In this document: piece after piece, positions 9,075 through 18,531 of the stretch
Numbering within the stretch: the stretch's first letter is position 1
How the letters are laid out: each line of letters starts with the position of its first letter
Made by a program: the position numbers and the translations under genes
Source of the DNA: a virus
Direction: 5' to 3' (one strand)
Virus record (IMG/VR): IMGVR_UViG_3300008050_000030
DNA length: 64,000 nt
Notes under the pieces: generated by a model
Told to the model about the DNA's origin: nothing
Databases searched by the model: none
Seen by the model: the letters and a program-made list of their open reading frames with translations, nothing else

Positions 9075-10204
9075 TCACCAACGAAGAGGAGGCTGAGTGC
9101 CCTCTGTGCACGAACGGGACGCTCGGCATCAGCCCCGACCAGGAGAACGGCGAAGCCGAGCTGGTCTGCCGAGGCGAGTGCGGCAGCTACGTGCCCGTGC
9201 AGATGTGCGACTGGATGCGCTACCGCGGCAAGCTCTGCGGTGGGAAGCTCCACATCGTGGAAGGCTCCGGCGCCTGGTGCGGGGAGTGCGAGACGATGTT
9301 CGCCGACGGGAAGGGTCTGCAGGCGGCGTTGAACATGCTGGGCGTGTTCGGGAGCTTCCTCGACGATGACCACACCGAGGCGGACTACGAGAAGTACAGC
9401 GACGTGCTGGGGTTCGTGCAGGGCCACCTCATCGGAGCCGTGAAGCCCGCAGAGCCCACCTGCTGGGTTCTGCTCTACCACCACCGCCACGGCACCGACG
9501 TGGACGTTCACCCGTCTCGGACGGTGGCTGAGGCGGTCGGAGCGTCCATCGTGGCGGACAACCGCCACGAGTTCCCCGACATCCCGAAGGAGTGGTCCAA
9601 CGAGAAGTGCTACGAGCGCTGGGAGGACATGACGGAGGGCATCGAGCGTTTCGAGCTCGTGGAGCGGCCGAGCCCGCTCCCGGCGGTTGCGGCCAACGCT
9701 CAGGCCCTCGTGCCGGTGCCCATGGACGAGGCGTGGATCGAGCAGCTCACCGCTGAGATCGAACGATGGAGGGCTGACGGGTCGGTGCCGATGATGCCGA
9801 TGGACGTGGAGGTGTTGCGCATCCCACCCAACACGCACGGGCTGGAGTCGTTGATGGCGTTCAGCACGGCCCACATCACCCCGGAGACGTGCGGGCGGCT
9901 GGAGGCCGGCGCCAAGTACGCGCGCATGGTCCCCGGACCGAGCAGGACCCGGATCGACGAGATCAAGACGCAGCACGGGCACGTGCCGCGAGATCAGTGG
10001 CTCGAGGCCAGCTTCCTGCGTCAGCGCGGGATGATGCGCCCCGAAGGCTTCCTGCTCCACGTCCCCGAGAACCCTGACGACTGGCCCGAGATGCCCGATG
10101 ACCTGGAGGCCCTGTTCCTCAAGGCGCGGACCAACAACTGCTGCTGGCTGCTGCTCGACGCGGATGGCCCGAAGCACGATGACCTGCCGACCTGGGAGTG
10201 GTGA
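9071..10204 (+). CDS. zinc-finger-containing hypothetical protein (377 aa)
   Basis: ATGA overlap; N-terminal CPLC...CRGEC...CGGK...CGEC cysteine clusters. Confidence 0.7.
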   Translation: MITNEEEAECPLCTNGTLGISPDQENGEAELVCRGECGSYVPVQMCDWMRYRGKLCGGKLHIVEGSGAWCGECETMFADGKGLQAALNMLGVFGSFLDDDHTEADYEKYSDVLGFVQGHLIGAVKPAEPTCWVLLYHHRHGTDVDVHPSRTVAEAVGASIVADNRHEFPDIPKEWSNEKCYERWEDMTEGIERFELVERPSPLPAVAANAQALVPVPMDEAWIEQLTAEIERWRADGSVPMMPMDVEVLRIPPNTHGLESLMAFSTAHITPETCGRLEAGAKYARMVPGPSRTRIDEIKTQHGHVPRDQWLEASFLRQRGMMRPEGFLLHVPENPDDWPEMPDDLEALFLKARTNNCCWLLLDADGPKHDDLPTWEW

Positions 10205-10734
10205 TGACCGACAAGAAGTTCTACCGGACCGTGTTCCGCATCGAGGTCCTCGGAGACGAGTCTCTCATCGACGAGTCTCTCGACATGAAGGACATCCACG
10301 AGATGACCTACGAGGGCCCCCGATCCGGCCGGTTCCTCGACACCTTCGAGGAGGAGGTCACTCCCGCCCACATGGGGCACCTGCTGGAGGCTCAGGGGTC
10401 GGACCCGCAGTTCCTGCTGGGCGACGCCTGGCCCATGAAGCAGGAGCTGGGGAAGCTCGAGTTCGCCTTCAAGACCACGGGGAGCGTTCGGTCGAGCTGG
10501 CCGAGCGGATCGACGAGCTGCGAGCTGACATCGAGGAGGCTGAGCTGTGAAGCAGAACGGACCATGAACGACGTGGCGGAGCGCCAGGGCTGGAACGAGG
10601 CGACCAAGCTCGACCTGGTGTACCGCTTCCTCAACAACCTCGACGTCCTGCAGAAGCGCGAGGACGAGGCACCCCTCGACCACTTCAAGCGGTGGCTCGA
10701 GAACAAGGCCAAGTGGGAGAACAACGATGCCTGA
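10204..10734 (+). CDS. hypothetical protein; coding signal switches to the -1 frame near 10480 (that frame stops at 10550)
   Basis: ORF frame turns Ser/Arg-rich while the -1 frame reads ERSVELAERIDELRADIEEAEL*. Confidence 0.45.
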   Translation: MTDKKFYRTVFRIEVLGDESLIDESLDMKDIHEMTYEGPRSGRFLDTFEEEVTPAHMGHLLEAQGSDPQFLLGDAWPMKQELGKLEFAFKTTGSVRSSWPSGSTSCELTSRRLSCEAERTMNDVAERQGWNEATKLDLVYRFLNNLDVLQKREDEAPLDHFKRWLENKAKWENNDA

Positions 10735-10924
10735 TTACCGAGTCCCCTTCGTTCGCCAGTCGACCGAGAAGGGGTACATCGCGGTCGAAGCCAGCAGCCC
10801 CGCGGACGCAGCGAAGATCGCACAGGAGATGCTCGACGAGAGCGACGAGTGCATCACCTACGCCAAGTACGGGCAGTGCGAGACGATCCTGCAAGACGCC
10901 GTGCTGGCCCCGGAGGACAAGTAG
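10727..10924 (+). CDS. hypothetical small acidic protein
   Basis: 65 aa; high GC3; overlaps upstream stop. Confidence 0.55.
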   Translation: MPDYRVPFVRQSTEKGYIAVEASSPADAAKIAQEMLDESDECITYAKYGQCETILQDAVLAPEDK

Positions 10925-10991
10925 ATGCCGATGATCTGGGCTGCCCACGAAGTGCTGGGAGTCCTGCTGGGCTGCCTGTCTGGAGACTGAC

Positions 10992-11267
10992 ATGAGCATC
11001 GAGAACGCGATGGAGGCGCCCGACATCGGGCCGGGCCCGGGCCGCCAAGTCGTCCGGGTCGTCCTGGAAGTCGAGCGGTACGTCTACGCCGACAACAAGG
11101 ACATGGTCGACGGCGCCTACGCCGACATGGCGAACGAACTGAAGACGGTGCTGCCCAAGGACGAGTTCGTGGCGCGCTGCGAGATCGTCTCGGCCCGGCC
11201 TGAGGACCACATCCACATCAACGACTGGCTGCGCGAGCGGTACGAGCCTGATGCACATCTGCCCTGA
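10992..11267 (+). CDS. hypothetical protein (91 aa)
   Basis: SD TCTGGAGACTGAC before ATG; high GC3. Confidence 0.65.
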   Translation: MSIENAMEAPDIGPGPGRQVVRVVLEVERYVYADNKDMVDGAYADMANELKTVLPKDEFVARCEIVSARPEDHIHINDWLRERYEPDAHLP

Positions 11268-11358
11268 CGAGATTATCGCTGCCGTGGCAACCATCACCTT
11301 CGCCAAGCCGAGCTGGCTGTGGTTGAAGATGAAGATCAAGGCCTGGAGAGAACGATGA
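11251..11358 (+). CDS. possible small hydrophobic peptide (35 aa)
   Basis: Ends with ATGA overlap onto the next gene; weak RBS. Confidence 0.3.
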   Translation: MHICPDEIIAAVATITFAKPSWLWLKMKIKAWRER

Positions 11359-11798
11359 CCCCCAACGAGATGACGAACATCCTCCACCTCGCCCTGTTGA
11401 AGAAGATGACGGAGATCTGCGAGGCCCTGGGGAAGAAGGCCGAGGACCTGGCCGTCGAGGAAGGTGTCGACTACGAGCACCTCCTCGACTTCATCCACCA
11501 GCGGCAGCTTCACCTGCCCACGGTGGTCGCGGTCTTCCGCGCCCTGGGCTTCAGCCTCGACCTGACGCTGACGGGGTACCCCGCCATCACCTTCCACCCC
11601 CTCGCTCCCGCGGAGGCCAAGAAGTACTTCGTCACGCTGACGGGGCTGGCCCGCATGAAGCAGTTCCAGGAGGTGCACGCGGACAGCGAGGAGGCGGCCA
11701 TCGAGGCCGCCTTCCTCCAGTCCGGCGACCGCGTCTGGAAGTACCAGGGGATGGTGGACGACACCCTCGAGGGCGACGCCGCCCTCAAGGAGAACTAG
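11355..11798 (+). CDS. hypothetical protein (147 aa)
   Basis: CTGGAGAGAACGATG initiation context; high GC3. Confidence 0.65.
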   Translation: MTPNEMTNILHLALLKKMTEICEALGKKAEDLAVEEGVDYEHLLDFIHQRQLHLPTVVAVFRALGFSLDLTLTGYPAITFHPLAPAEAKKYFVTLTGLARMKQFQEVHADSEEAAIEAAFLQSGDRVWKYQGMVDDTLEGDAALKEN

Positions 11799-11800
11799 GG

Positions 11801-12070
11801 ATGCCCACGTACCAGTACCGGCGCGAACAGCGCGTCACCATCGAGGCAGACAACGAGGATGCCGCCTGGAAGGCCGCGGAGGAGCTGCAGCTGACCAGCC
11901 GCGATGACGAGTCGGACGACAAGGGGGAGATGGAGCTCCTCGAAGGCGAGGAGTTGCGGGACTGGGGGTGCTGCGGGTGCACCTGCTCGGTCTGCATGAA
12001 CGGCCACTCCGGCGGCGCTCACGCGGAGAACTGCGAGAAGCGGATGGCGGCGAGGCAGGCCGCGGGGTGA
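11801..12070 (+). CDS. Cys-rich small protein
   Basis: AAGGAG SD; WGCCGCTCSVCMNGH cysteine cluster. Confidence 0.65.
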   Translation: MPTYQYRREQRVTIEADNEDAAWKAAEELQLTSRDDESDDKGEMELLEGEELRDWGCCGCTCSVCMNGHSGGAHAENCEKRMAARQAAG

Positions 12071-12627
12071 GCTGGTTCCTGTACGTCGTGGAGTGCAACG
12101 CTCGCGGCAAGCCGCTGTACACCGGCATCTCGACGAACGTCGAGCAGCGCGTCAAGACCCACAACGCCGGCAAGGGCGCGAAGTACGTGAAGGGGAAGCT
12201 CCCCGTCGTCCTGGTGGCGACGTGGGAGTACCCCGACAAGAGCACTGCGCTGAGGGCCGAGATCGCCTTCAAGAGCCTGAGCCGGCTGGCCAAGCAGATC
12301 TACGTCCAGTCCCCCGATCAGTGGGACTGGGAGAATCCGAAAAGACGACGCGTTCAAGCGGATGCTGAAGAAGCTGGGATGGAGAGGGTGATGGCCAAGA
12401 CCAGGATCGTTTCGAGCAAGGAGCTGACCTCTCGGTCGCTCCGGGCCGAGGACTACGTGGACAGGGAGACCGCCTGCTGGGGCTGCGGCAAGTGGTCCTC
12501 CACGATCTACTGCCAGGGGTGCGCCGACGCCGGCAAGGCGAAGTGCCCCCACGACAAGGAGGTCACCGACTGCAACGACTGCATGGTCGAAGGCGACCTC
12601 GCCCACGACGCGAGGAGGGAGGGGTGA
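12067..12627 (+). CDS. GIY-YIG nuclease superfamily protein with C-terminal Cys-rich zinc ribbon
   Basis: WFLYVVECNARGKPLYTGISTNVEQRVKTHNAGKGAKYVKGK matches the YhbQ/UPF0213-type GIY-YIG core; GTGA overlap start. Confidence 0.75.
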   Translation: MSWFLYVVECNARGKPLYTGISTNVEQRVKTHNAGKGAKYVKGKLPVVLVATWEYPDKSTALRAEIAFKSLSRLAKQIYVQSPDQWDWENPKRRRVQADAEEAGMERVMAKTRIVSSKELTSRSLRAEDYVDRETACWGCGKWSSTIYCQGCADAGKAKCPHDKEVTDCNDCMVEGDLAHDARREG

Positions 12628-13592
12628 GGCTCAACGCCGAGCGGATCGTGACCCTGAACCTGGGGCTCGGCCGCGACTCCATCGCGATGCTGCTGTTGCT
12701 CCTCGCCGACGCCCTTGTGGTGGACGGCGAGGAGCGGGGGCAGGAGGACATCGACGTCGTCGTCTTCAGCAACACCGGCGCGGAGTGGCCCCACACTTAC
12801 GCCTTGCTGCCGCAGATCAGAGAGCTGTGCGAGAGCGTGGGGCTCCGCTTCATCGTGCTGGAGAAGCCGCCCGCGGGTGCGTGGCAGCCGTGGCTGCACG
12901 AGAAGATGTCCCAGGGCATCAGCAAGCTGCTCCAGCCCTGGACCCAGGGCGAGTGGCGGACTATCGAGGAGAAGGCGGCCTCGGGCGCCTACCACCTGCG
13001 CCCGCCCATCATCGACGACTACCGCAGCCGCAAGACGGTGGTGTCCATCAGCAAGGGAGACTGCACCGACAACCACAAGATCCAGCCCATCCGCAAGCTC
13101 ATCGCCGACCTCGCGCGTGAGCGCTTCGACGTCAAGAGCAACGCCTCCTGGGGCCACCAGGTCCGCAAGGGCACCCGGCCGACACACCTGAGCCTCATCG
13201 GCATCGCCGCGGATGAAGCCAGCCGGGCGGAGGCGGAGAGCGAGGCGCAGTACGTCAGCGAGGCCTACCCCCTTCTGGAGATGGGCATCACCAAGGCCGG
13301 CGAGAGCGAGATCTTGGAGCCTTGGGGCTTCGATCACGTCTTCAAGAGCGGCTGCTACCACTGCCCCTACCAGCCCCCGGGCTGGTACTGGGTAGTGCGC
13401 GAGACCCTGCCGGACTTCTGGCTGGAGCTCCTGGAGTACGAGGCAGCTGCCCTGGCCGAGAACCCCCGCATGTTCGTCACCGGGAAGAAGCCCCTCGCCG
13501 ATGTGGTGGAGACCTGGAGAGCCAAGAACCCGGACGCGACCATCGAGGCCGTGCTCCGCAAGTCCTACAAGCGGTGCGGACGCGCCGCATGA
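12624..13592 (+). CDS. PAPS-reductase / DndC-like ATP-pyrophosphatase family protein
   Basis: VTLNLGLGRDS PP-loop-like N-terminus; C-terminal CYHCPY cysteines; GGAGGG SD; GTGA overlap. Confidence 0.65.
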   Translation: MRLNAERIVTLNLGLGRDSIAMLLLLLADALVVDGEERGQEDIDVVVFSNTGAEWPHTYALLPQIRELCESVGLRFIVLEKPPAGAWQPWLHEKMSQGISKLLQPWTQGEWRTIEEKAASGAYHLRPPIIDDYRSRKTVVSISKGDCTDNHKIQPIRKLIADLARERFDVKSNASWGHQVRKGTRPTHLSLIGIAADEASRAEAESEAQYVSEAYPLLEMGITKAGESEILEPWGFDHVFKSGCYHCPYQPPGWYWVVRETLPDFWLELLEYEAAALAENPRMFVTGKKPLADVVETWRAKNPDATIEAVLRKSYKRCGRAA

Positions 13593-13601
13593 GGAGCCCC
13601 G

Positions 13602-13898
13602 ATGTACCACATCTGGAAGTGCCTGAACTGCAGCTGGCAAGGAGCATCTCCTGCCCCACCCGAGTACGATGGAGATCGTGCGTCCTGCCCCGACTGTGAG
13701 GGCGTTGTCACTCGGTACGAGTGCGAGTTCCCCATCAAGATCACGATCTACAACTCGAAGGTCACCCACGGGGTTGTGCAGCCCCTGACCTGCCCAGCCA
13801 ACCGCTTCATCATCGTTCACGGAGCCATTGCCTGCTTCGACTGTGGGCAGCAGCTGGTCGCGGAGACCGTGAAGGTCATCGAGGTCGAGGAGGCCTGA
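13602..13898 (+). CDS. zinc-ribbon protein
   Basis: CLNC...CPDC...CFDC motifs; GAGGAG SD. Confidence 0.65.
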   Translation: MYHIWKCLNCSWQGASPAPPEYDGDRASCPDCEGVVTRYECEFPIKITIYNSKVTHGVVQPLTCPANRFIIVHGAIACFDCGQQLVAETVKVIEVEEA

Positions 13899-13904
13899 CG
13901 GATC

Positions 13905-14105
13905 ATGGGAGACTGCACGGCTATACCAGACACCATCCTCGCCACCGTCACCGACCTCGTCCGCGACTTCCTCTACTACGGTCGCAAGGAGGACGAGGAA
14001 CTCCCTCGGGGGAAGATCGAAGAGGCCCTTGCCAACGGCGACATCACCATCGAGCAGATCGTCACGAAGTTCGAGGAGGGTCTTCGTGAGAGGGTGCCGC
14101 AGTGA
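13905..14105 (+). CDS. hypothetical small protein
   Basis: 66 aa; high GC3. Confidence 0.55.
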   Translation: MGDCTAIPDTILATVTDLVRDFLYYGRKEDEELPRGKIEEALANGDITIEQIVTKFEEGLRERVPQ

Positions 14106-14431
14106 CCGACTGGAATCCGAGGTACATCGCCTACTGCGACTCCCTCGGCCTGACCCCTGAGCAGGAGCGCGCCAGCGTCGCCGAGCGCTTCCAAGGCTCC
14201 ACCACGATGCACGAGTTCATCATCTGGATGAGCGCGCGTCAGCGGGAGTTCCAGAAGGATCGGGAGTGCATCGCCAACGAGGACCCCGACCAAGAACGCT
14301 TCTGCTTCCACATGCACATCGCCTGCGACCGCGGGCAAAACGACTGGACGGCTTGGCTCCAAGAGCGGGCGATCCAGCTTCGAGAGGGCAGACCATGGAC
14401 TTCAATCTCCGGCAGCACACCCACCTGCTGA
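14102..14431 (+). CDS. hypothetical protein
   Basis: GTGA overlap start; 3' end overlaps next gene by 37 nt. Confidence 0.55.
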   Translation: MTDWNPRYIAYCDSLGLTPEQERASVAERFQGSTTMHEFIIWMSARQREFQKDRECIANEDPDQERFCFHMHIACDRGQNDWTAWLQERAIQLREGRPWTSISGSTPTC

Positions 14432-15510
14432 CCGTTGCAGGTTCCCGTGCCTACGGTATTCACACCGAGACCAGCGACGTCGACATGGCCGGCGTCGCCA
14501 TCCCCCCGAAGGAGTACACCTACGGCTTCCTGAAGAAGTTCGACCAAGCCGTCGGCAAGAGCCACTTCGGCGCCTTCGCGCACAGGCTCCACCTCGATGA
14601 GGCCCGGGCCTCCGTGAACGGGCTGGAGGGGGTGATCTACGACCTCCGCAAGTTCATGAAGCTGGCGTCGGACTGCAACCCCAACATCCTGGACGTCCTG
14701 TTCTGTCGCGACGATGAGGTCCGGCTCATGACCCCCACCGGCGAGTGGCTGCGTGACCGCCGAGACTGGTTCCTCAGCCAGAAGGCCAAGCACACCTTCA
14801 GCGGGTACGCGATGAGCCAGCTCAAGCGCATCCGTGGGCACCGGAACTGGCTACTCAGCCCTCCGACGGCGCCGCCCTCCCGGAGCGACTTCGGTCTGCC
14901 CGAGCGCACCGTCATCCCTGCTGATCAGCGAGGGGCGGCGCTGTCCCTGGTGAAGAAGCGGATGGCCTCGTGGGACGTGGACCTGGAGGTCCTGGACAAG
15001 CCGGACCGGCTCGCGGTGAAGGGAGAGCTGGAGGCGATGATGGTCGAGCTGCAGCTCGCCTCAGACACGGAGCTGTGGCAGGCCGCGGCGCGCACTGTCG
15101 GGCTCAGCGACAACTTCATCGACCTGCTGGAGCGGGAGCGCGGCTACCGCGCGGCCATGGGCAACTGGAAGCAGTACCAGAACTGGAAGACCAGCCGGAA
15201 CCCGGCTCGCGCTGCCCTGGAGGAGAAGTACGGCTACGACACGAAGCACGGCGGGCACCTCGTCCGCCTCATGAACATGGGGCTCGAGCTGCTCCAGACG
15301 GGGGAGCTCAACGTCTGGCGCGGCGACATCGACGCCGAGTTCATCCTCAGCGTGCGCGCTGGGCACCTCCCCTACGACGAGCTCATCCAGTGGGCCGAGG
15401 ACCGGGAGGCGCTGATGGACGAGGCGGTGAAGACCTCCCCGCTGCCGAAGAGGCCGAACCGCAAGAAGCTGGACGAGCTCTGCGTCCAGCTGATCGAGTC
15501 GAATCTGTAG
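14395..15510 (+). CDS. Pol-beta-superfamily nucleotidyltransferase (pfam10127-like)
   Basis: GSRAYGIHTETSDVDMAGVA is the NTase G-S...D-x-D signature; GAGGG SD before ATG. Confidence 0.7.
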   Translation: MDFNLRQHTHLLTVAGSRAYGIHTETSDVDMAGVAIPPKEYTYGFLKKFDQAVGKSHFGAFAHRLHLDEARASVNGLEGVIYDLRKFMKLASDCNPNILDVLFCRDDEVRLMTPTGEWLRDRRDWFLSQKAKHTFSGYAMSQLKRIRGHRNWLLSPPTAPPSRSDFGLPERTVIPADQRGAALSLVKKRMASWDVDLEVLDKPDRLAVKGELEAMMVELQLASDTELWQAAARTVGLSDNFIDLLERERGYRAAMGNWKQYQNWKTSRNPARAALEEKYGYDTKHGGHLVRLMNMGLELLQTGELNVWRGDIDAEFILSVRAGHLPYDELIQWAEDREALMDEAVKTSPLPKRPNRKKLDELCVQLIESNL

Positions 15511-15520
15511 ACGGAGAGCA

Positions 15521-16268
15521 CATGACCGAAGATCTGGACCGCTTCACCGCGGGCACGCACCCCTTCGCCTTGGTCCGCCGGGCCCCTCCCGAGTTGTTGG
15601 GGGCCCGGCGGAGCCACGAGGACGTCGAGAAGCTGCTGATGGGGGTGACGAGCTCGGACCTGCGCTATGCCTACCAGGACCCCAACTACGCCATCGTCCG
15701 GGGCTTCTCCGAGGAGAGGCTCAAGGAGCTGGGGATCGGCTACGACCTGGACCTGGGCGGCCACGAGTGGTCGAACCCTGCTCCGGATCACCCGCTCGTC
15801 AACGACTGCTGTGCGCTGTGGGAGAGCCCGGACCTGGACTACCTCGGCCTGCAGGACGTCGCGGGGTGGGACGTCGACCTCTGCGCCTTCGCTCCGAACT
15901 CGGGGCACTTCCAAGCGACGCGGTGGCCGCCCACCATGAGGGTGGACGGGGATCCCTACGATCTGGTCGGGCAGGGGATCTACTCCGAGACCGACCACGA
16001 CTGCATCTGCCACGGCGGCCTGGAGTACTGGACCGGCGCCGCCGGCGAACCCAAGGAGCCCATCACCCTCGACCAGCTCGGCGAGTGGTCGGAGAAGGGG
16101 GCGCTGCCCCCGAACATGCTCGCCGACGCCCTTCGTTGGAAGGGCCTGGCCTACTGGAAGTGCTCCGGCAACGTCGGAGACATCCCCTACCCCCTCTGTG
16201 ATCGCTGTGAAGGCGATGGACACGTCACCTCCCCTGGAGGGGAGTGGGCGCTCTACAGGAGAACCTGA
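15521..16268 (+). CDS. hypothetical protein (249 aa)
   Basis: GTAGACGGAGAGCACATG initiation context; high GC3. Confidence 0.7.
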
Positions 16269-16798
16269 TGCAGATTCTGACCGCCCCCCTCGTGGTGGCT
16301 GACCTCGACCTCGTGCAGGTCGTCCTCTGGAAGAAGGCCGTCGACTCGGCCCTGAACAAGGTGTCCGCCGAGGACACGGAGCTGCTTTGCGGCTTGCTCG
16401 ACTTCCTCAACGCTCTGCACGACGCCCACCCGGGCCTGGAGGACACCGCTCGAGCTGCCGAAGCCCTCACCGGCGAGGAGGAGCAGGACAACCTCGCTCC
16501 CGACGCCGTCGACCCCGACTTCGACCCGATGGCCATGCGCCACTGTGCCCAGGTCGGCCCCTTCGGCACGGAGGTCCCCTCCACCACGGACTTCGGCAAG
16601 AAGTACCGGGTCGAGTACACGGCCTACGGCAAGTGGGTCTGCTCCTGCCCCAACTTCCAGCAGCGCGGGGCGGTCTGCAGCCACATCAACACGGTGCAGT
16701 CGTCGCGATGCGACTGGCACCAGCTGCTCCACGGTGACGCCGCCAAGGCCCCCGACTACAAGTGCCCCAAGTGCGGCGGGCCGACCAGCGAGGTGTGA
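16268..16798 (+). CDS. SWIM zinc-finger protein
   Basis: CSCPNFQQRGAVCSHI fits the SWIM C-x-C-xn-C-x-H motif; AGGAGAACCTGATG context. Confidence 0.7.
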   Translation: MQILTAPLVVADLDLVQVVLWKKAVDSALNKVSAEDTELLCGLLDFLNALHDAHPGLEDTARAAEALTGEEEQDNLAPDAVDPDFDPMAMRHCAQVGPFGTEVPSTTDFGKKYRVEYTAYGKWVCSCPNFQQRGAVCSHINTVQSSRCDWHQLLHGDAAKAPDYKCPKCGGPTSEV

Positions 16799-16799
16799 G

Positions 16800-17759
16800 A
16801 TGCAGACCGACGACGAGCTGTACGCGAGCCTTGTGCTCCCCTGGGAGGCCGACAACGCCTCCTCCATCAACATCCAGGGCGCCGACGACCTCGACGCGGC
16901 GCTGACGATGGCGGACCTGGACTGGACCGCGGCGAGCCGCCCGCTCCTGTTCCGGGATCCCGACGACGAGACCAACCTGATCGAGGTGGAGACCCACAAG
17001 GCGGTGGTGCGGGAGGACACGCTGGACCAGATCGGCGTGGTCGGTGTCACCTACGAGATCGTGCAGAACCGAGAGGCTCTGTCCCTGCTCCGCGGCATCG
17101 CCGGCCGGGGCAAGGACCTCACCTTCGTCCGAGGAGGCACCTTCAAGGAGGGCCGGGTCGTCTGGGTGATGCTCAGCATCGACGACTTCCTCATCGAGCC
17201 GGTGCCGGGAGACGTGCTCATCCCCTACATCCTCATCTCGAACAGCCACAACGGCAGTCAGGGGGTGCGAGCCACGTTCTCGGCCCACCGACACGCCGGG
17301 CTGAGCGTGCACAACGTCGGTCGGGGGCTGAGTTTCCGGCACACGAGGCACGTGGTCGATCGGATGGAGCGCGGGGAGAGCGTCCTGGCCGCCGGGCTGG
17401 ACTCCTTCGAGCGGTTCCACGACTTCGCCCTCGACCTGGCGCAGCAACCGATGCCGCAGGAGGACTGGGAGGCCTTCCTGGACGCCTTCATCCCGCCCCC
17501 GGAGGAGGGAGTCCGCCCTGGGCGCCGCAACAAGGCCAGGGCGACGCTCACGCGCCTCTTCGAGTCCGGGCCGGGCACGGACATCCCGGGTGTCAAGAAG
17601 ACGCGCTGGGCGGCGCTCAACGCCGTCTCGCTGTGGCAGACGCACTTCGCCTCGTCCAAGGACGGGGAGAAGGCCCTGAACTCGCTCTGGTTCCAGAGCG
17701 GGGCGTCCAAGCTGGACGTGGCGGCAGGCCTGCTGAGGAAGCTGCACGCGGTGCGGTGA
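16800..17759 (+). CDS. DUF932-like phage/plasmid-associated protein
   Basis: ILISNSHNGSQGVRATFSAHR resembles the DUF932 core; last gene of the + block. Confidence 0.65.
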   Translation: MQTDDELYASLVLPWEADNASSINIQGADDLDAALTMADLDWTAASRPLLFRDPDDETNLIEVETHKAVVREDTLDQIGVVGVTYEIVQNREALSLLRGIAGRGKDLTFVRGGTFKEGRVVWVMLSIDDFLIEPVPGDVLIPYILISNSHNGSQGVRATFSAHRHAGLSVHNVGRGLSFRHTRHVVDRMERGESVLAAGLDSFERFHDFALDLAQQPMPQEDWEAFLDAFIPPPEEGVRPGRRNKARATLTRLFESGPGTDIPGVKKTRWAALNAVSLWQTHFASSKDGEKALNSLWFQSGASKLDVAAGLLRKLHAVR

Positions 17760-17770
17760 TCAGAGCTAAG

Positions 17771-17805
17771 CAAGGACCCCGACCGTCGTGGTCGGGGTCC
17801 TTGCG
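17771..17805. terminator. bidirectional hairpin between convergent blocks
   Basis: CAAGGACCCCGACC-GTCGT-GGTCGGGGTCCTTG preceded by GCTAAG; a second, smaller hairpin follows. Confidence 0.6.
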
Positions 17806-17868
17806 AAAGGGAGTTTGTCTACGGACGAGATCGGCGTCCCTTATGAAAGGGTCGGGGCCGATCCTTTC

Positions 17869-18132
17869 TTAGCTGGAGTCGGGATCAGTGGCCTCAGCCA
17901 GCTCCTGGGGGGTCTTCTTGCGGATCAGCGCGCTGTACAGGTGGCGTTCGCGATCGATGCCCTTGATCATCACCTCGACATCCAGGGTCCGGGCCGCCCA
18001 GAGGGGGAAGTCACGGGGGAAGGAGGGGTCGCGGGTTCGGATGTCGAGGGAGGCTCCCGCAGGCATCTGTGTCCAGGCCGCCATGAGGAAGGCGAGGAAG
18101 GGGATCTCTTGCAGGTCGATGCGGTGTGTCAT
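17869..18132 (-). CDS. hypothetical protein (87 aa)
   Basis: High GC3; ATGA overlap with upstream small ORF. Confidence 0.55.
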   Translation of the reverse strand: MTHRIDLQEIPFLAFLMAAWTQMPAGASLDIRTRDPSFPRDFPLWAARTLDVEVMIKGIDRERHLYSALIRKKTPQELAEATDPDSS

Positions 18133-18224
18133 TTGAACGATTGGTAGATCTTCCACGCTAAGGCCACCGCGAGCGTCACCATGAGGGTGACGCCCGCGGC
18201 GAAGCCGAGGATGAAGCAGGTCAC
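18129..18224 (-). CDS. possible 31-aa hydrophobic membrane peptide
   Basis: GTGA-coupled to upstream gene; all codons GC3-rich; single TM. Confidence 0.3.
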   Translation of the reverse strand: MTCFILGFAAGVTLMVTLAVALAWKIYQSFK

Positions 18225-18487
18225 TCCAGGACGGGCCCGAGCCGTCGCTCGAGCTCGCCCCAGTCGAGGCCAGCGATGCCGGTGACCGGCTTGACCTTGT
18301 GGGTCGTCCAGGCCGCGGGGTCGACCCGCATCTCCAGAGGCGGGTCGATGTCGACGACGATGAGAGCCTCCCCCTCCTTCGCGGGCGGGAACATCTCTCG
18401 CAGACGGGCAGCATCATCTTGGGTGAACTCGGCGCCCTTGCACGATGAAGTGCACGGAACCTTTCCACAGTCAGCGCAGTGGATCAT
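18221..18487 (-). CDS. Cys-rich small protein
   Basis: GGGATAAGTAGAGTAGATCCCAACCAGGAGGCCCCATG upstream context. Confidence 0.6.
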   Translation of the reverse strand: MIHCADCGKVPCTSSCKGAEFTQDDAARLREMFPPAKEGEALIVVDIDPPLEMRVDPAAWTTHKVKPVTGIAGLDWGELERRLGPVLE

Positions 18488-18525
18488 GGGGCCTCCTGGT
18501 TGGGATCTACTCTACTTATCCCGCG
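18488..18525 (-). promoter_or_regulatory. start-associated cassette
   Basis: GGGATAAGTAGAGTAGATCCCAACCAGGAGGCCCCATG. Confidence 0.55.
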
Positions 18526-18531
18526 GATCGA

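Noticed and set aside
10925-10990. 21-codon ORF MPMIWAAHEVLGVLLGCLSGD between two + genes
   Set aside because: Too short, with no convincing RBS. It is kept only as a possibility.
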